In this document: positions 29,365 to 43,313 of the stretch, in pieces
Layout of the letters: the number at the start of each line of letters is the position of its first letter
Numbering within the stretch: position 1 is the stretch's first letter
NCBI GenBank assembly: GCA_001179505.1
Contig: CDMY01000357.1
Location: forward strand, 39,188-103,187
Source: Vitrella brassicaformis CCMP3155
Lineage: Eukaryota; Protista; Chromerida
Reading direction: 5' to 3'
DNA length: 64,000 nt
The notes under the pieces: model-generated
What the model saw: only the letters and a program-made list of their open reading frames with translations
The model's database searches: none
What the model was told of the DNA's origin: nothing
Translations under genes and position numbers: made by a program

Positions 29365-32300
29365 TCATGTGGTGGTGGTGGTTGTCTCGGGGCCGCCCTG
29401 GCCCTCTCGCTCCGCCTTGAGCTTGGCCAGCTCCTCCTACAGGAACGTACCACCCAGACACACAACGCACCGCACATATATACCGATTGAGTGTGTGCAT
29501 ACAAACTTGGCTTGAGGGGCATGGCATACGTACGTCGCAGGAGGAGACGAGGTTCTGCCAGCACCGTGTGTTGTCACGCGAGTTCGACACAAACTCCTGC
29601 ACACACAGACACTCACACGTGCAGTGCAGGCAGCCCCTGCCTGCCTCTCTCTCTCTCTGTATCACTGCCTGACTGCTTACGCACCCACTTACCTCGCATT
29701 TGGTGGAGTATCTGGCGATTTGTTCAAAGAATGGCAGCCACACGACGTTGATGAAGAATATCTGTGCCTTGGCCATGTTGGTGTTGTACCGGTCGAAGAT
29801 CGGCAGCGACACACCCAAACCCAGCGCCTGCTCTGCACACACACAGCACAGCAGACAGAGGACAGAACGAACAGCATGAGCGCATACCATACACATCGAT
29901 CGGTCCTTGACGGAATGAATCATCAATCGCTTGCCTTTGTCTCCCTGGTCCCAGAATTCGTTCATGCACATGCTGGCCCACTGGGTGGCCAGCTGCCACG
30001 GCTTGCCTGAAAAGCGATACATACAGACAGGGAGCGACACCACACCCGCCCAGCCACCAATGTAATGGCAAGACAGACAGATATGGATCAGATGAGGGTG
30101 TTCGGTTGGTTAGGCAGCCTGTCCTGCCTGGGTTAGAAATGTCGGCAGCGTGAAGTATGACGGAGAAGAACAGCTCACGGTCACTGGCATTGCCGCCAGC
30201 CTGCGGCATGAAATCTGCATATATATATGATATGCAGCCAGCAACAGTGTACATACCTATGATATGTGTGTGTTCATGCCATGCAATGCGTGTGTCTCTC
30301 TCTGTGTGCGTCTTGTCTTGGTCGCCTTGCCTTGTGCGTCTAGTCTCGACTTGAGATGGTTCTGAATCAACGTGTGCTTGGACATGTCAGCTGCACACAC
30401 ACACATACACAGACAGACAGCCACACGGGTGCCGTGTGTGTCTGCAGTGAGTGACTGTGTTTGTGGGTGGTCATATATGTCTTACTGTCCAGGACCATCC
30501 TCATCGCCAGACGCCGCAAATCACGGCGCCTGATCACAAACAGAGGCACAGACATGGCTGTGCTGTGCTGTGGTGTGCTGGGGCACTGCAAGCCTGTCTG
30601 TCTGTGTGTGTATGTCGGGGGCGGGGTGGGGCGTGTGTGATACTGAACTGTTCGTTGTCCCATTGCTGGAAGAGCCCCCCGTGCGGCAGGCTGAGCAGCA
30701 GCTCGAAGGCTGACGCCACGTGGTAGTTCTCCAGCACCGACTGATCTGCATGTATGGGCCACACACAGCACAGCACAGCAGAGCACAGTCAATCCCACCT
30801 AAAGCCATACATACAGTGGGTGTAAGTCAATCCCCTACCGTTGTATCTGATTGCGAGGGGGTGGTTGCTGTTGACTGCGAACTGGTTGTTGAACCCCGGG
30901 TGTCTGAAGTCGTGGATGGCCGCAGAAAACAAGATGGCGAACACCTCAAACGGACTCATCTCCACTTGCTGTCAGCCACACACACACAGAGACACACATA
31001 CATACACAGACAGACATACATACATAAGTGGGATGGCTGGGTGTGTGTGGGTGTGTGTGTGTGTGCGACCCTCCTGACTGACCTGTGCGAATTGTGCCTC
31101 AGTGAGCATCCAGAAAGATGTGTGGACCACATCGGCGGCGTGGATGTTGTTGTGGAACAACTTATTCCTGTCGTACCCTGCACACACAGAGAGAGACACA
31201 TGAGCGAGCGACCAAGGACACCCAGTCCGTCAGTCCTCAATGCATGGATGGATGCATCCATCGAATCCGCACCTCTCTCGATGTAGTGAAAGAACGCCAA
31301 CAGATCATCTGCTGGCAGGCGCAACTGACACACACACGCAGAGCACACAGCACACAGCACACAGCCCAGCCACGATTGATAGATAGGTGGTCGAGTGGCT
31401 GTCTCCGATTGATTCCCCCTAGGCCTGTCTGAGGCCTCCACACCAACCTGTTGTATGAGGTCGAGTTTGTTCATGAGTATCCAGCATATGTTGAGCAGCG
31501 GGTGCCCGCCGCACATGTCGCTGAACTTGAAAATGTCAAACGACATACTCCCACCACTCTCACCGAAGTACGACGCTGCCTGAACCCACCCAAGCATACC
31601 ACATATAACATTGCCCTCATTTGCTGCGTCCATCCGTACGTCCAACTAGCTATCTATCGTCACCTCACCTGGGCGCTCAGCAGTCCTCGGATTCTCTCCG
31701 CTTCCTGCCGAACGCTCGTATCGCGTGGAAACAGCAACGGCTCCAGCTCCCTGCAATGCAAATCCACCGCACACAAAGCATATACATACCACGCATAGAA
31801 AGTAATCGATCGCCAACCGACTTGGGCAAGGGTGCTGGGGATGGTTGCGACTCAGAGTCGTCCGCTTCGGGCCGGTCGCCCTGCTTCTTGTCCTTCGGCG
31901 GGCCTGCAGATCACCAGAGGATCGTCCAAGAACAGACCCTGCCCTGATCAAAGCTCACTCTTCTCTCTTATTACCGTCGCGGACACTGCATGAGAACGAA
32001 CACACAACCAGAGGGAAGGATGCCGAGTGAAGGAAGCATCAAGAGACGTGCCCGGCTGTGTCTCTCTGTGTGAGCATACGCGGGGCTTCTGGGAGGGAGT
32101 GCGTCGTGTGTGATTTGGCTGAGCCATGAGAAGAGCTCCCTCTCCTGGCTCAGCTCGGGGTTTCCCTGCAGCTCGCCCATGTACGAGAGGTCATCGATAT
32201 ACCAGTGCTGAGACGACAGCTGCTGAATCGCCTTCATGCACAGGCTCAAACGAGACTGAATCGCTGACAAAGAGAGAGATACACACACCACCAACCCAAC

Positions 32301-33850
32301 CACACGCATCGCATCAAGCAGAGACACACGTGTCACTTACTCACACACGTGCTCGTGTGTCTATCAAGTGTGCGAGTTCCCTACCTGCCTGTCTGCCTGT
32401 CTGAGTGCGTATCCGTCTTGCTTACTGGGGTTGTTAGCGAATTCGTCCATTTGTCTGAGGTCGTTAAGGAGGTCGAGTGACTCGGACGCCGGGCCGTGGA
32501 CTCTGCCCAGCGTCTGCTTGACCACATCCAACACGTGGTTGATCTTCACCGACGGGCGCTCCGGCTGACCGCCGCGGCGGGACCCCTGGCTGCCGGGGTC
32601 AGACACCTACCGAACGAAGGGATGGAGACATACGTTCATGCCATGATGGACGGACAGAGTCCGACAGACAGACAGGTCTGTCGGTATTCTTGCTTGCCTT
32701 GAGCATGTCGGCGGAGGTGGGGATACTGGGTGTTGAGTGTCTTTTCTTGGCCAGGTCTCCCCCTATCCACAGTGACGAGTTGACGCTCGACTGCACCCGC
32801 CCCTTGGTGGTGCGACCCGCCCCCAGAAACCTGTCCTGCTCGTCCTTGGCTACCACCGAAGGCAGAAACGTGACTACACCTCCTGTGCCGGCCCCGCCGC
32901 CCTGCACCGACCCAATCGATGACCCCGGTGTGAAGTCGGGGGCCGAGGCCGATGTGGGCATGGGCTTGGTGTGGAGTGAGAACTGCAGCTGCAGATGGAT
33001 GGGCGAGCGGCCCGGTGCGGTGGGGGGGTTCAGGTGGGCGGGGCTGGTGGCCGCAGAGGCGGACGCAGTCGGAGACACCTGCTCGGGGGCGGTGGGCTGG
33101 CTGGGCAGCGTCTCTGACTGCTGCTTGTACGCATCCTGGCTCGTGTGTAGTGCAGACAAACAAGGGAGACACAAGTCAGTAAGCGTGTGCGTGGAATACA
33201 TACATGTCAGCTCGGCATTATTACCAGTGAGCTGAGCAGCTGCGGGATGGTGGATGCATCGAGCTTGCCCGCCTCTGTGAGATGCTTCTCCAGAATCCTC
33301 TTCAGATCCTCCCTCTGTGTGAAAGGAGAGACGAAACGCGACAAAGTTAGAATCGATCTGTCTCTCATGCCCGTCTCGCTTACCGATATTGAGAAGCGGG
33401 TGAGCGCTTTGTCCCCTGTGCCCTCCCCGGGCTCCTTCCCCTCAGCGCGGTACCTCTCCTGACAGACAGACAGACAGACAGCCACACCGCACAGTAGAAC
33501 CAGACCGATGGGGGCCTGCCTCTGCTCCTTCCCAAGCTCCCTCGGTGCCGCTGACTGACCAGCTTGTGCATGAGTTGAGGCAGCTGCTGCAGTCTCCCGT
33601 CGGGCCTCCAGTGGTCGTCTAGCAACTTGCGGAAATCCTCCTCCTGCACAGACAGACACGCGCACACAGACACACTCGTGGCGGTTACCAGAGGGCTGGC
33701 CCCACGGGCGCCAGGGGTGGTGCTTGTCGGAGGTAGTACCACGATGGTGTATGTGCCCAGCCCCATGACCCGCATCATGGAGTGTTCGGTTGCCATTGGG
33801 GTGGCCTCATCTCCCGCCTCCTCGCTGCTGTTGGACCGGGAAGCCTCCAT
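29365..33850 (-). CDS. Class I 3',5'-cyclic nucleotide phosphodiesterase with long low-complexity N-terminus
   Basis: Catalytic signatures FHNNIHAADVVH, AAIHDFRHPGFNNQF, SVLENYH, ILHAADISNP, EFWDQGD, AKAQIFFI. The upstream exons are open and spliceable from MEASRS at 33850. Confidence 0.9.
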
Positions 33851-33933
33851 AGAAATATAACTTATAGGCCGGAAGGAAGCAACAAGACCCACAACCCGAT
33901 GCAGGCACAATGACCGACGCACGCAACGAATGG

Positions 33934-33958
33934 TTGCGAGCTTCTATTAGCGAGCTAG
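33934..33958. promoter_or_regulatory. Candidate promoter motifs TTGCGAGCTT and GCGAGCTAG
   Basis: Located 84-108 bp upstream of the PDE start codon (33850, minus strand). Confidence 0.45.
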
Positions 33959-34721
33959 TCGAGCTGACCCTTTTTCCTCTCGGTTTGCACCTGCAGAGGG
34001 TTACGAAAGGCACTTCGCGAGGCCTCGATCATTGAACCACATGCAACCCGACCATATGTGTACCGTAACGTATGTGTCCTCCCCCCACCCCACCACACAC
34101 GCAGATCACTGCGGTGAGTGAACAAATAGTGAGTGCATCAATCATGACATGGACTTAGGCAGGCAGGGAGAGACAGAAAAGTATGCATGTCATTCCTTCT
34201 GCCGGCAGCAGGCACCTCACCTCACCTCGGCCACAAAGACGAAGGGAACCCCGAAAACAACGAGGGGATGGCATTGCAATGCATGTGCAGTGCATGCATC
34301 GATACGTGTGGACGCACGCACGCACAGCCAGCTGCCTGCCTGCCTGCCAGATCGAATTAGGAAACTGCCAGCTCTGACTGGCCGCTGGCTGATGTGGTCT
34401 GGTCTCCCAACTCCAGCTGGCCATCTCCATCCACCCGTGACAAGACGAGTCAATCAATGGTGGATCTGATCTGCCTTATTTATTGACTGCCTGTGCTGGC
34501 TGCCTGTATGGGTGTGCGTCCGTCGGCGGATAGCTGCGACATGGACTCCTCAAACAGGTCAGACGGCAAGTGGGCGCTCCCCCACTGTGCCATGCTCACA
34601 TCGTCGTCTTCACCAGTCACCTGAATCAATCAGGGCACACACGACACGACCATGGGATCTCCATACATAAAGTGGGTGGATGGATGGTGAGTGTGATAGT
34701 CGCTAGGTAGGTACCTGGCCA

Positions 34722-37700
34722 TCATTGTCCGCCTTGGGTGGCAGCCACATTCGCCCCGGCCTGTGCAGATCGTCGGGTGGGTCGCTGCACGACCAGCTGG
34801 TGGATTCGTCCCCAGCCGCTGTCCTCCCATTGGGCGATGGTGGTGCCACACCCACACCCACCCCGTCTGGCTGCATGCCCTGGCCGCCCTCGAGCGGCCC
34901 CGTATGCCTCTCCACCTTCTCTATTGCCGTGTTGACGGGCTGCTGCGGCAGCGGGTACTTGAGCGCCTGGAAGAGGGGCGCGTCGGCGTTGCCGAGGGAG
35001 TAGACGCCCTGGGCGGCATAGGGGTACTTGGCGCCCGCCTTCTTGGGGCACTCGAACGGACACACCTGCAAATGCTTGACGAAATCTGCATGTATGCAGG
35101 ACACGCAAAGGATGAACAGATAGATATCAAAGGAGGGCGAGGACCGCATTGAATTCGATGTGATATGTGTCCCTCCCTACCCGTGGCCATTCCCGTCCAC
35201 AGACAGAAGCCATGCTTCCTGGTGGCGTCCTTGCCCTCCCCGCCCGACAAGAGCGCCTCCGCAGGGCTGCTGTTGGGACACCGCACCTTCAGACTCGCCA
35301 TCAGCTTGTGAACCAGACCTGCAGGCCCCTTGCTGTGCTCGTCGACGTCGGTCACATCGTCGAGAGGCACCAGCAGCCTGCAGGCCGGACACATGATGCG
35401 GCTGATGGTGAGGGGCTCCGACTTGTCGATCTCGCTGTCGTGGTGGCTGACAGGTTGTGTGACGTCAGGCTGTGAGGCGACCCTGCGAGGGTGGCCGTGG
35501 GTCTCTGAGGGTGAGGAGTGGGCGGATGGGGGCTGCAGCGATGTGGGGGTGGCGGGGAATGAGGGCGGGGAGGGCGTGGTGCTGCTCACACCACCGGGGA
35601 TCTGCGAGGGGTCTACATGAGCCGCCAGGTCACCCACCCACTTCTCCCAGCAGTCGCCGCAAAACACGTCGCAACATGGAAGCACCTGACCCATCCATCC
35701 ATCACACACAGCCCGTCAGACCTTCTGTATGCACGTCTTTCCAGTGTGTCTGTCTGTCTGCGTGGTCCCTCCCCCGCCCACCTACCTACCCTACCCACCT
35801 TGGGTTTGTGTGCGACGTGTATGCGACAGAGTTTGCAGAGGACCTCCGGTAGCTCTGAGAGGAGCAGCTCCCCGAGGATCTTGTACGGCTGCTTCGTGGG
35901 CTCGCTGCACGTCAAACCAGCACCACTCCTGCTCATGCTGTACGTCGCCTGCGTGTCACAACAAGGTGGGCGGGCGGGCATACAGGCACACACCAATGCA
36001 GGGCACCGTTGGTGTGTGTCACGTACATCTGATTTGGTGGACGGCAGTGCCTCTTGAATGAGTGTGTCAGACTCCTTAAGGTCGCCCTCACGCAGCGAGT
36101 ACTCCACCGGCGGCCGCTGGTGCACACCACCCCCACTCCCACCGCCAGGCTGACCGCCCCTGGCAAAGCCCTCAGCCGGCGTGGGGCGAGCTGCGAACAA
36201 GGGCTTCACCTGCAGCCAGGCCACCCAAACACCCGTCAAACAACGCCAACTATGTATCCATCAATCGAGGCCCTGTCGAGCTGTCCTCCCTCCCTCCGTC
36301 CCTTTGTGGCCTGGCCTTGCTTCTGCCCGTCGATACGATACCTGTGTGTGCCAGCTGGATGCGTCTTGGTGCGACGTGCCGTTGCTCCTGTTCGCAGGGC
36401 CCATCGCGTCGGCGTAAGGCGAGTAGGGCTGCCCCCGCTGCTGCTGCTGGTGCTGCAGCTGCTGCTGCAGCTGCTGCGATCGATGCTGGTGGTGCTGATG
36501 GTGGTGTGGTCCCCGGGGGATGTCATAGAGCTGACCCCTCACACCAATATGGCAAGCATTCGTGTTGTTGATTTTGTTGCTGTGGTGATGCTGGCTGCCC
36601 ATGACAACAGAGGCCGATGAGGCTCCAGCAGGGGGTCCGCCATCACTGTCTCGCCTGTCGCGCTTGACGACCACGAGTGATTGCTCCTCTAGGGGCGTCA
36701 TGTGTCCCCCGCCCTTGATGCTGTCGTCATGAGGCGAGGGCGACACGGCCAGCACACTACCGCCGTCGCGATTCCGGTCAAGGCTGGGGGCGGAGTCGGA
36801 CGGGCCTGTGACGACGTCCACGGCCGCAGCGGCGTTGTTCTCGTGAGGTGCGGTGTTGCGATGGTGATCGGGGGCTGACTGCATGGCAAGGGGGGTGAAC
36901 AGGGGTAGCTCGGAGGCTGGTATGGGGTGGTCTTCCGCCACTGCTGCCGTGGCGGGCGACTCTCGGGAGTACGAGTCCTTCCTCGCCCAGGTGGCCCGAA
37001 CACGGCTGCCCCGGATGCGAATCAAACCTGACACACATACAGACAGACATACACACACGAGGATATGACATGGGTGTGTGTGTCCAAGCCAAGGGCCGGT
37101 GGGCAGCAGCTCGGCAGGATGCCTAAAGTACCTGCCTCCGCTGCTCGCAGTGCCGACTCCGCCATCGGGTGCGTCCCGAACCTCACGAAAGCGTAGCCTA
37201 TCAACACACACACATTACACATAAGTCAAGTCCACGCTCGCGAGAGTGAATGCAATGCACTTGGCCTGCCCCCCCGCATGAAGACGTGCGGACCCAGATG
37301 ATCCATACGTACGTACCAGCAGTGGCGGTCCACTCCTTGTTGGGGTGCCGGCTCTTCTTGTCGCACACCACCATGGCCAACTCAACAGTGCCGTACCGTC
37401 TGAACCGACAGACACATTGAAAGGAAGGACACGGACACCCCCCCCCACTGCACAGACAGACATGTGGTGCAAGGCAAGGCCTCGCACACTCACTTGAATG
37501 TGACGACGAGGTCCTGGCGTCTGCACAGCACAGAACAGCAACACACACAGTCAACAACTACTGCAGGCGTCGCATCCCAAATGGCTGGCTGAAGTCCTTA
37601 CGTGGTGGTTGGCGGTACGTTGACAATGACGGTGAGCATCGCCCGACCGCCGCCCATCGACAGCAGGTGGCCGCCGCTGCTCGGCGGAGCCGCACCAGGG

Positions 37701-37738
37701 GCAGCAGCGCCATGGTGATGCGTGTGAGAGGGAGGCAT
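34722..37738 (-). CDS. RRM plus RING-like plus TRAF-type zinc finger protein; ends uncertain
   Basis: RRM assembled from four small exons: MLTVIVNVPPTTT|RQDLVVTFK|RYGTVELAMVV...TAG|YAFVRFGTHPMAESALRAAEAG|LIRIRGSRVRATWARKD (RNP1 GYAFVRF). Then poly-Q/His, CKLC...LPCCDVFCGDC...CPAC and LKVRCPNS...CLWTG...DFVKHLQVCPF. Confidence 0.72.
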
Positions 37739-38790
37739 CACACAGCTGCTGCACACACATAGGCAGGGCGACAGAACATCGTCTGTCTGCCTGTCACTGC
37801 TGTGGTCCTTGCCTGCCTTGCGAAACGCACCTCGGCCTGTGTGGATAGTTGTGTGTGTGATAGAGACCGGGCGACGGTGCCATATCGTGGTTGCGATGGC
37901 GGTTCTGCTGCATCACGTCATGACTCGGTTGTGCGTCGCATCTCCTTCCCTCCCTGGCGTTGCGCGCTTCGTGCGAGCTCCGGCAGAAAGACGTCCGAGA
38001 GGTGGATCCACACCAAGTGGACGCTGCTTGCCGCACACTTTCCCTTCGTCCCTCCCTCTCATACCGGGCCCCCCACCAGTCTCGCGTCCCCTCCTGCATG
38101 TGAGCGTTCTGCCCCTACCCCGGGCGCATCCTCACATCTCACAGCCCCTAGAGGTCCCCAGAGCGAGTGGGACGAGTCTTGGCGAAAAACACAGCCGCCC
38201 TCCCCTCCACCAACCGAGGGAGTGACCCACCCAAAGGCGGCTCTCTCTTGGCTGTTTGTACGCGAGTAGAGCATTTCCCCTGCCGGCCCTCCTCTGGCCG
38301 CCCTGCCCCGCCCAGCTGTGTCCGTAGCGGCCAAAGGGGCACACACCGCTGACTGACCGACTGATCTCCAACCAGTCCAGTCCCCCCCCCCCACACCAAC
38401 GTGTGTGTCATGGCGCAGCCGGGTGTTGGGATGAGTGCTTTGAAGATGAATCTGGCCCTCACCCTGAGGGCCAAACCGCAGCACCAGGCCACCGTCACGG
38501 GCATCGGATCGGTGCAAACCAAACACACGCAAAACCACAGATAGATAGATATGTTTGTTCGTGTGTGAAGTGTTAGTGTGTTTTGCATCATGATGTGTGT
38601 GCGGATGCATTGCAGACGGGTGAGACATTGGACACATCTGCGCAGCAGTACCAGTGGCAGCCCCAGTCGGCCACTACCACCCCGCAGCGGACACCCAAAG
38701 CCAAAGCTGGGTGGGCCAAGCCAACCGACACACACCGCAGCCAGCCAGATGGACGTGGGCCGGACATGTGTTGTGTATGACTGCAGTGTG

Positions 38791-41700
38791 ATGACGTTGG
38801 GTGACGAGAAGAGTGGCCGCATCGACAAGAAGAAGGGCGGCAAGAAGGGCACCTCCGCCCCCCCGCCGCCCTCCGGAGTCGGCGGCACCATCAGTAGAAG
38901 CGCCACCAAAGAAGACTCACAGTCGCCGACGTGACAACCACACACACAGACGGAGACACGACATAGCCGCCGACCATTGGATGAGTGTCTTTGTGTGTGT
39001 GTGTGTGTGTGTGTCATTTAGTGTCGGTGGGCCGCGTGCCCAGTCAGCTCAGCCGCAGCCAGCGGGTGTCGGTGAGGGGCCCGAAACACAGCCGGCTAAA
39101 AAGGCCGCTGGTGCCAAAAAGGGCTCATCACCAAAGAAAGGGTCAGAGAGGGACGGAGGGAAGCAAAGCACGGAGAGAGAGATGGTGCTCCGACAGCATA
39201 CCCGTATGTGTATGTGTGTGTGTATGCGTGTGCTGTGTTCAGTTCTGCGAAGAAGAAGGCCGGCGATGTCAAGACGAGTAAAGTGTCGTTTTCCAAGAGT
39301 GGCGGCCGGCTGTCCGTCACCAAAATGAACATGGAAGAAGATATGCAACGACTCAGACAGGTACACACACACACACACACACACACACACCGTGTGCATG
39401 TGGTTGGTGCACCACATGCACTGCAGACCGCTGAAGGCGGCCAAGCGGAGGGAGACCTACAGGAGAAAGGTAGGCGAGGCATTTTACTTCACCCATCTTG
39501 TCTGCAGTGCATAAGTACTGACTGGCGGATGGGATAGAGCAGCCATGGAATGGACGTGACGTCTCTCTGTCACTCAGTATCGATGGATGTCGAGGATTAC
39601 CACAAGCAGGCTGAGGAGCACCCACCGGGCACCACCGGCACATCAGACGTCATCATGTCCCCCATCCAGCAGCCAACTGACCAACCCGTCATCATCCAGC
39701 CCCACGTGTCGGTGCCTGTGGCGGTGCCCCCGCCCCCGATGCCCATCACCACCCAGCAGGAGGCACAACAGGGTGAGTCTTTGGCTGCGGCAGCTGCAGC
39801 ACAGCTGCCGGCCCCACAAGTGAGTGTCACGCTGCCACCACCCAACAACAACAACAACAAGACACGAAACAACGTCATGGTCTCACTCCCAAGCATACCG
39901 GGTGGGTACGGTACGCCCACATCCACTTATGTACGCCAGACACAGAAACAAGTGTATGTGTGTGTGTGTGTGTGTTGGCACGACAGAGGGTGAGCAGGCC
40001 CAAGTCAAGGAGGACGAGGTCAAGGGTGAGGTTGGTGTGGGTGTGGGTGGCGTGCCGGGCCTCATCGTGACCGACAGCAAGCGCAGCTCATCCAGTAGCA
40101 TGGACGACGCCACGCCCGCCAGCTCGGCCGCGGGGCTGTCGCCCGTCAAGAAGGACATGAGCAAGATGGATAGCGAATTCGATCTCGAACAGAGAGTACA
40201 GGTAAGGTATATACATATGCGGAGGGCTCATGGATGGATGGATGGATGGATGGATCCCTTCTCCCTTGTCCCTCCTCCCTCCCTCCCTCTGTCCTGCAGA
40301 TGATGCAGAACAGGATGAGTGCGTTGGTTGAGGCAGTGGAGAACCGAGACCACGAGGCCATCAAGCGCATATCGACTCTCTCCCAGCATCCCGGGGCCAA
40401 GACGGCCGCCAAGCCCGACCGCGAGCCCATCCAGCGGGCCAGCCAGGTCACCAACGTGGCGCCCCAGTTCGCCAAGAAGAAGCGGGAGATGGCACGCATG
40501 GGCACCAACCCTGATGTGGCATTCGGACTGGAAGACAGCCAGGGCAGCCGAGCCGAACTCGCCAGATCGTGTCCGCCAGACCAGGAGGAGGGGGCGGGTG
40601 GTAAGCGTCGCGTGACCATAACGCTGCCGGACGGCTCTAAGTTGAAGAAGGGAGCCACGGGGCTCACAGAGTCGGGCTCAAGCGACGCCTGGGGCGAACC
40701 TGGCTCGCTGCTCGGATCGCCCAGAAAAGACCAAGACCCGGTATTTAGGAGGCTCGGGTGCATGTGTACACAGATCGCATCTGTCTCTGTCTCGCCTCGC
40801 TGCTTGTGTGTGTGTGTTACACGGTGTGGTGTGTCATGCGCATCAATCAGTTCAACGAGTCAGCCACCCGGCGTCAGTCGGTGCTGGTGACCGGGCGAAT
40901 GCACTCACTTATGAGAGTCCTCAACGTATGGATGGATACACATACATACACAGAAACAAACAGAGGCGCGCAGTGAGCAGATGGGTGAAGCATATGTGTC
41001 CTCTCCTCTCCCCCTCCCTTGCGTCTGTCTGTCTAACAGTTTTTGCAGCAGGGTGACCAGGACGGTGAGATCGAGTTGGACCCGGCTGATGTGGACGAGT
41101 TGCAGTCACTCCACGTCCAGTCCACATCATTCGTTGAGGAGGACGAGCCCGCTGCCGGCGAGGGCGACACAATAACCGCCACTCGAAGACTGAAGAGGGA
41201 GGAACTCGAAAAGGCAAACTCACACCACACCACACTCCACTACACTACACATGAGACACGAGACACGACACGCAGAGTGCAATGAATGACTGAATGAATG
41301 AATGAATGTCCACATACTAGCTATCGTCATTATGACGTGTGTGTGCAGGAGTTGGATGTTGTGCGTCAGCGTGTGGTTGAGCTTGAGTCACAGCTGCACG
41401 GCACCAAAAGAGACACAGACACACTATCAGAGGCCGAGGTCACAGCTAGCTGTCACATACATATACATACCACACATACTACACCATCCAACACATTCGG
41501 CCCACGAAACAAACAAGGCCTTTCTGCGTGTGCAGGTGTTGCGCACCCAGTTGTCGGGTGCAGAGGAGCGGCTTCGCGAGTTGAGCCGTCGTGCGGCGAC
41601 CTTGGCAGAGCAGGTGGTGAGCCTGCAGGCGGAGAACCAGACGCTCCACACATGCCTCAAGGACCAAAAGAAACACCACCAACACGAATGCGCCGTAAGC

Positions 41701-43313
41701 ATACATACACACTTGATGATTGGGAAGCGTGTGTATGCTCTATGATGGATGTCATGGCTGTGATGTGCTTGATTCGACAGCTGCTGACCAAGGAGTTGCA
41801 GGAGGTCCGGCAGCACCTGGACAAGTGCCGTGTACAGGCATATGAGGTCAGGGGGGGTCCCCCGCACCCATACATACCATACCCCCCACAAACAGACAGC
41901 ACACAGATTGTCACGTCTCTGTGTATGTGTATGTGTCTGTGTGTATCTGTCTGTCTGTGTTTGATTGGTGGGTCGATCAATCTATCAGATGTTTTCGATG
42001 GAGATGGACAACGGCAGGGCCCGGCCCACCGCTGCTGGTGGTGGTGGTGGTGAGCGGGAGCCAGGTGCCAACCTGAGGGGCTTGGACGAGTCGCTCATGG
42101 GCAGACAACCACCGGGAGACCTGCAGGTATCTGATAGACAAACTCCCATATATTCGTTTCTCTCTCTCTCCATCATGGGTGTGTATGTATGTATGTACGT
42201 ATGTATACATTATCTTGGCCCAATCAATGGGTGCCTGGCCTGCAGATGTTGCTGTGTGGATTGAGTGAGACCCAGGACCTGCTCAACAGCCTGCGGCAGT
42301 CCATTAAGCACAGCCCGCGGTTCAAGTCACCACCCCCCCAGCCGTCCCCCAGGACAGTGGCACCCTTCGCCTCAGCATCGGTCGCCAGCCTCAGACCCAC
42401 ACACTCCCCGCTCATCGCCAAGGTCCCTTCCCCCGTCGTGCAGCGCATCCACTACAAAGTCATGCAGTCGCCACCCCCATCCCCCACCCTCCCCCACCCA
42501 TCATTCAAGCGTCCCCGAGGCTCATTGCAGCTGGAGCAACACCCGCCCCCTCCGCCCTTCATCCGCCCTCGCTTCATCCAGACGGAGACAGTACCTGCTG
42601 TGTCTCTCTCGGCACCGCCCCCCAAGAGCACCTCCCTGCTGGCCAACAAGAAGAAAGACCACAGGGGAGACAGAGACAAAATCGATGCAATCGACATCGA
42701 GACCGCCGTGAGAGATGTCAAGCACACCCACCCACTGCCGCCAGTATCCGGCAGCCACCCAGGCAAGCAGGCGGCCTGCACCATCTTCCGATGCACCAGC
42801 CCCTGCACCCCACTCAACCAGGGGCCTCAGGATTCAGCGAGATACACGAGGCAGTTCCCCAGGGACAACACCACCATTCAGATACGGCAGAGATCGCTGC
42901 GTCCCCGCCCAGAGCTGATCCGGCCTCCTTTCAACCGTCTGCGGCCCGCCACCCTGTCTCCCCCGCCACTCAGACCCCCACCGCATTTCGGTGGAGGTCC
43001 GATGAGGCCGCCCCCCGGCCTACTGATGTCTCCGGGCATCGGCCGGCCGCCGCCCTTGTCGCCTCGTGTGAGTGTGTTTACACAGCAGCATCACCGCTAC
43101 CCGGACCAGCAGCCCAACCAGCAGCAGCAGCAGCAGCAGGTGCGTGTGGCGATATCGCCCTCACCGTCCACCAGTGCGTTGTCGCCTCCACAGCTGAGAC
43201 CGCCGCCACCCACCTACACCTACTCGACCAGTGCCTTGGCCAGCTTCCCAACGCCGGCATTGGGCACACCTGAGCCGCCGCACACCCTGCCGGCGGCGGG
43301 GGCAGGTAGGTAG
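38791..43313 (+). CDS. Large hypothetical protein: Lys-rich and low-complexity N-terminus, coiled-coil middle, Pro-rich C-terminus; start uncertain
   Basis: About 14 exons join in frame, e.g. AKKAAGAKKGSSPKKG|SAKKKAGDVKTSK..., ELDVVRQRVVELESQL...|VLRTQLSGAEERLREL...|LLTKELQEVRQHLDKC. The final long exon ends AAGAGR*. Confidence 0.65.
39363..39390. repeat. Intronic (AC)14 microsatellite, representative of many in the window
   Basis: acacac... directly after a GT donor. Similar (TG)13 at 49561-49586, and GGAT, GACA, GGGA and GTAC tetramer runs throughout the introns. Confidence 0.9.
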
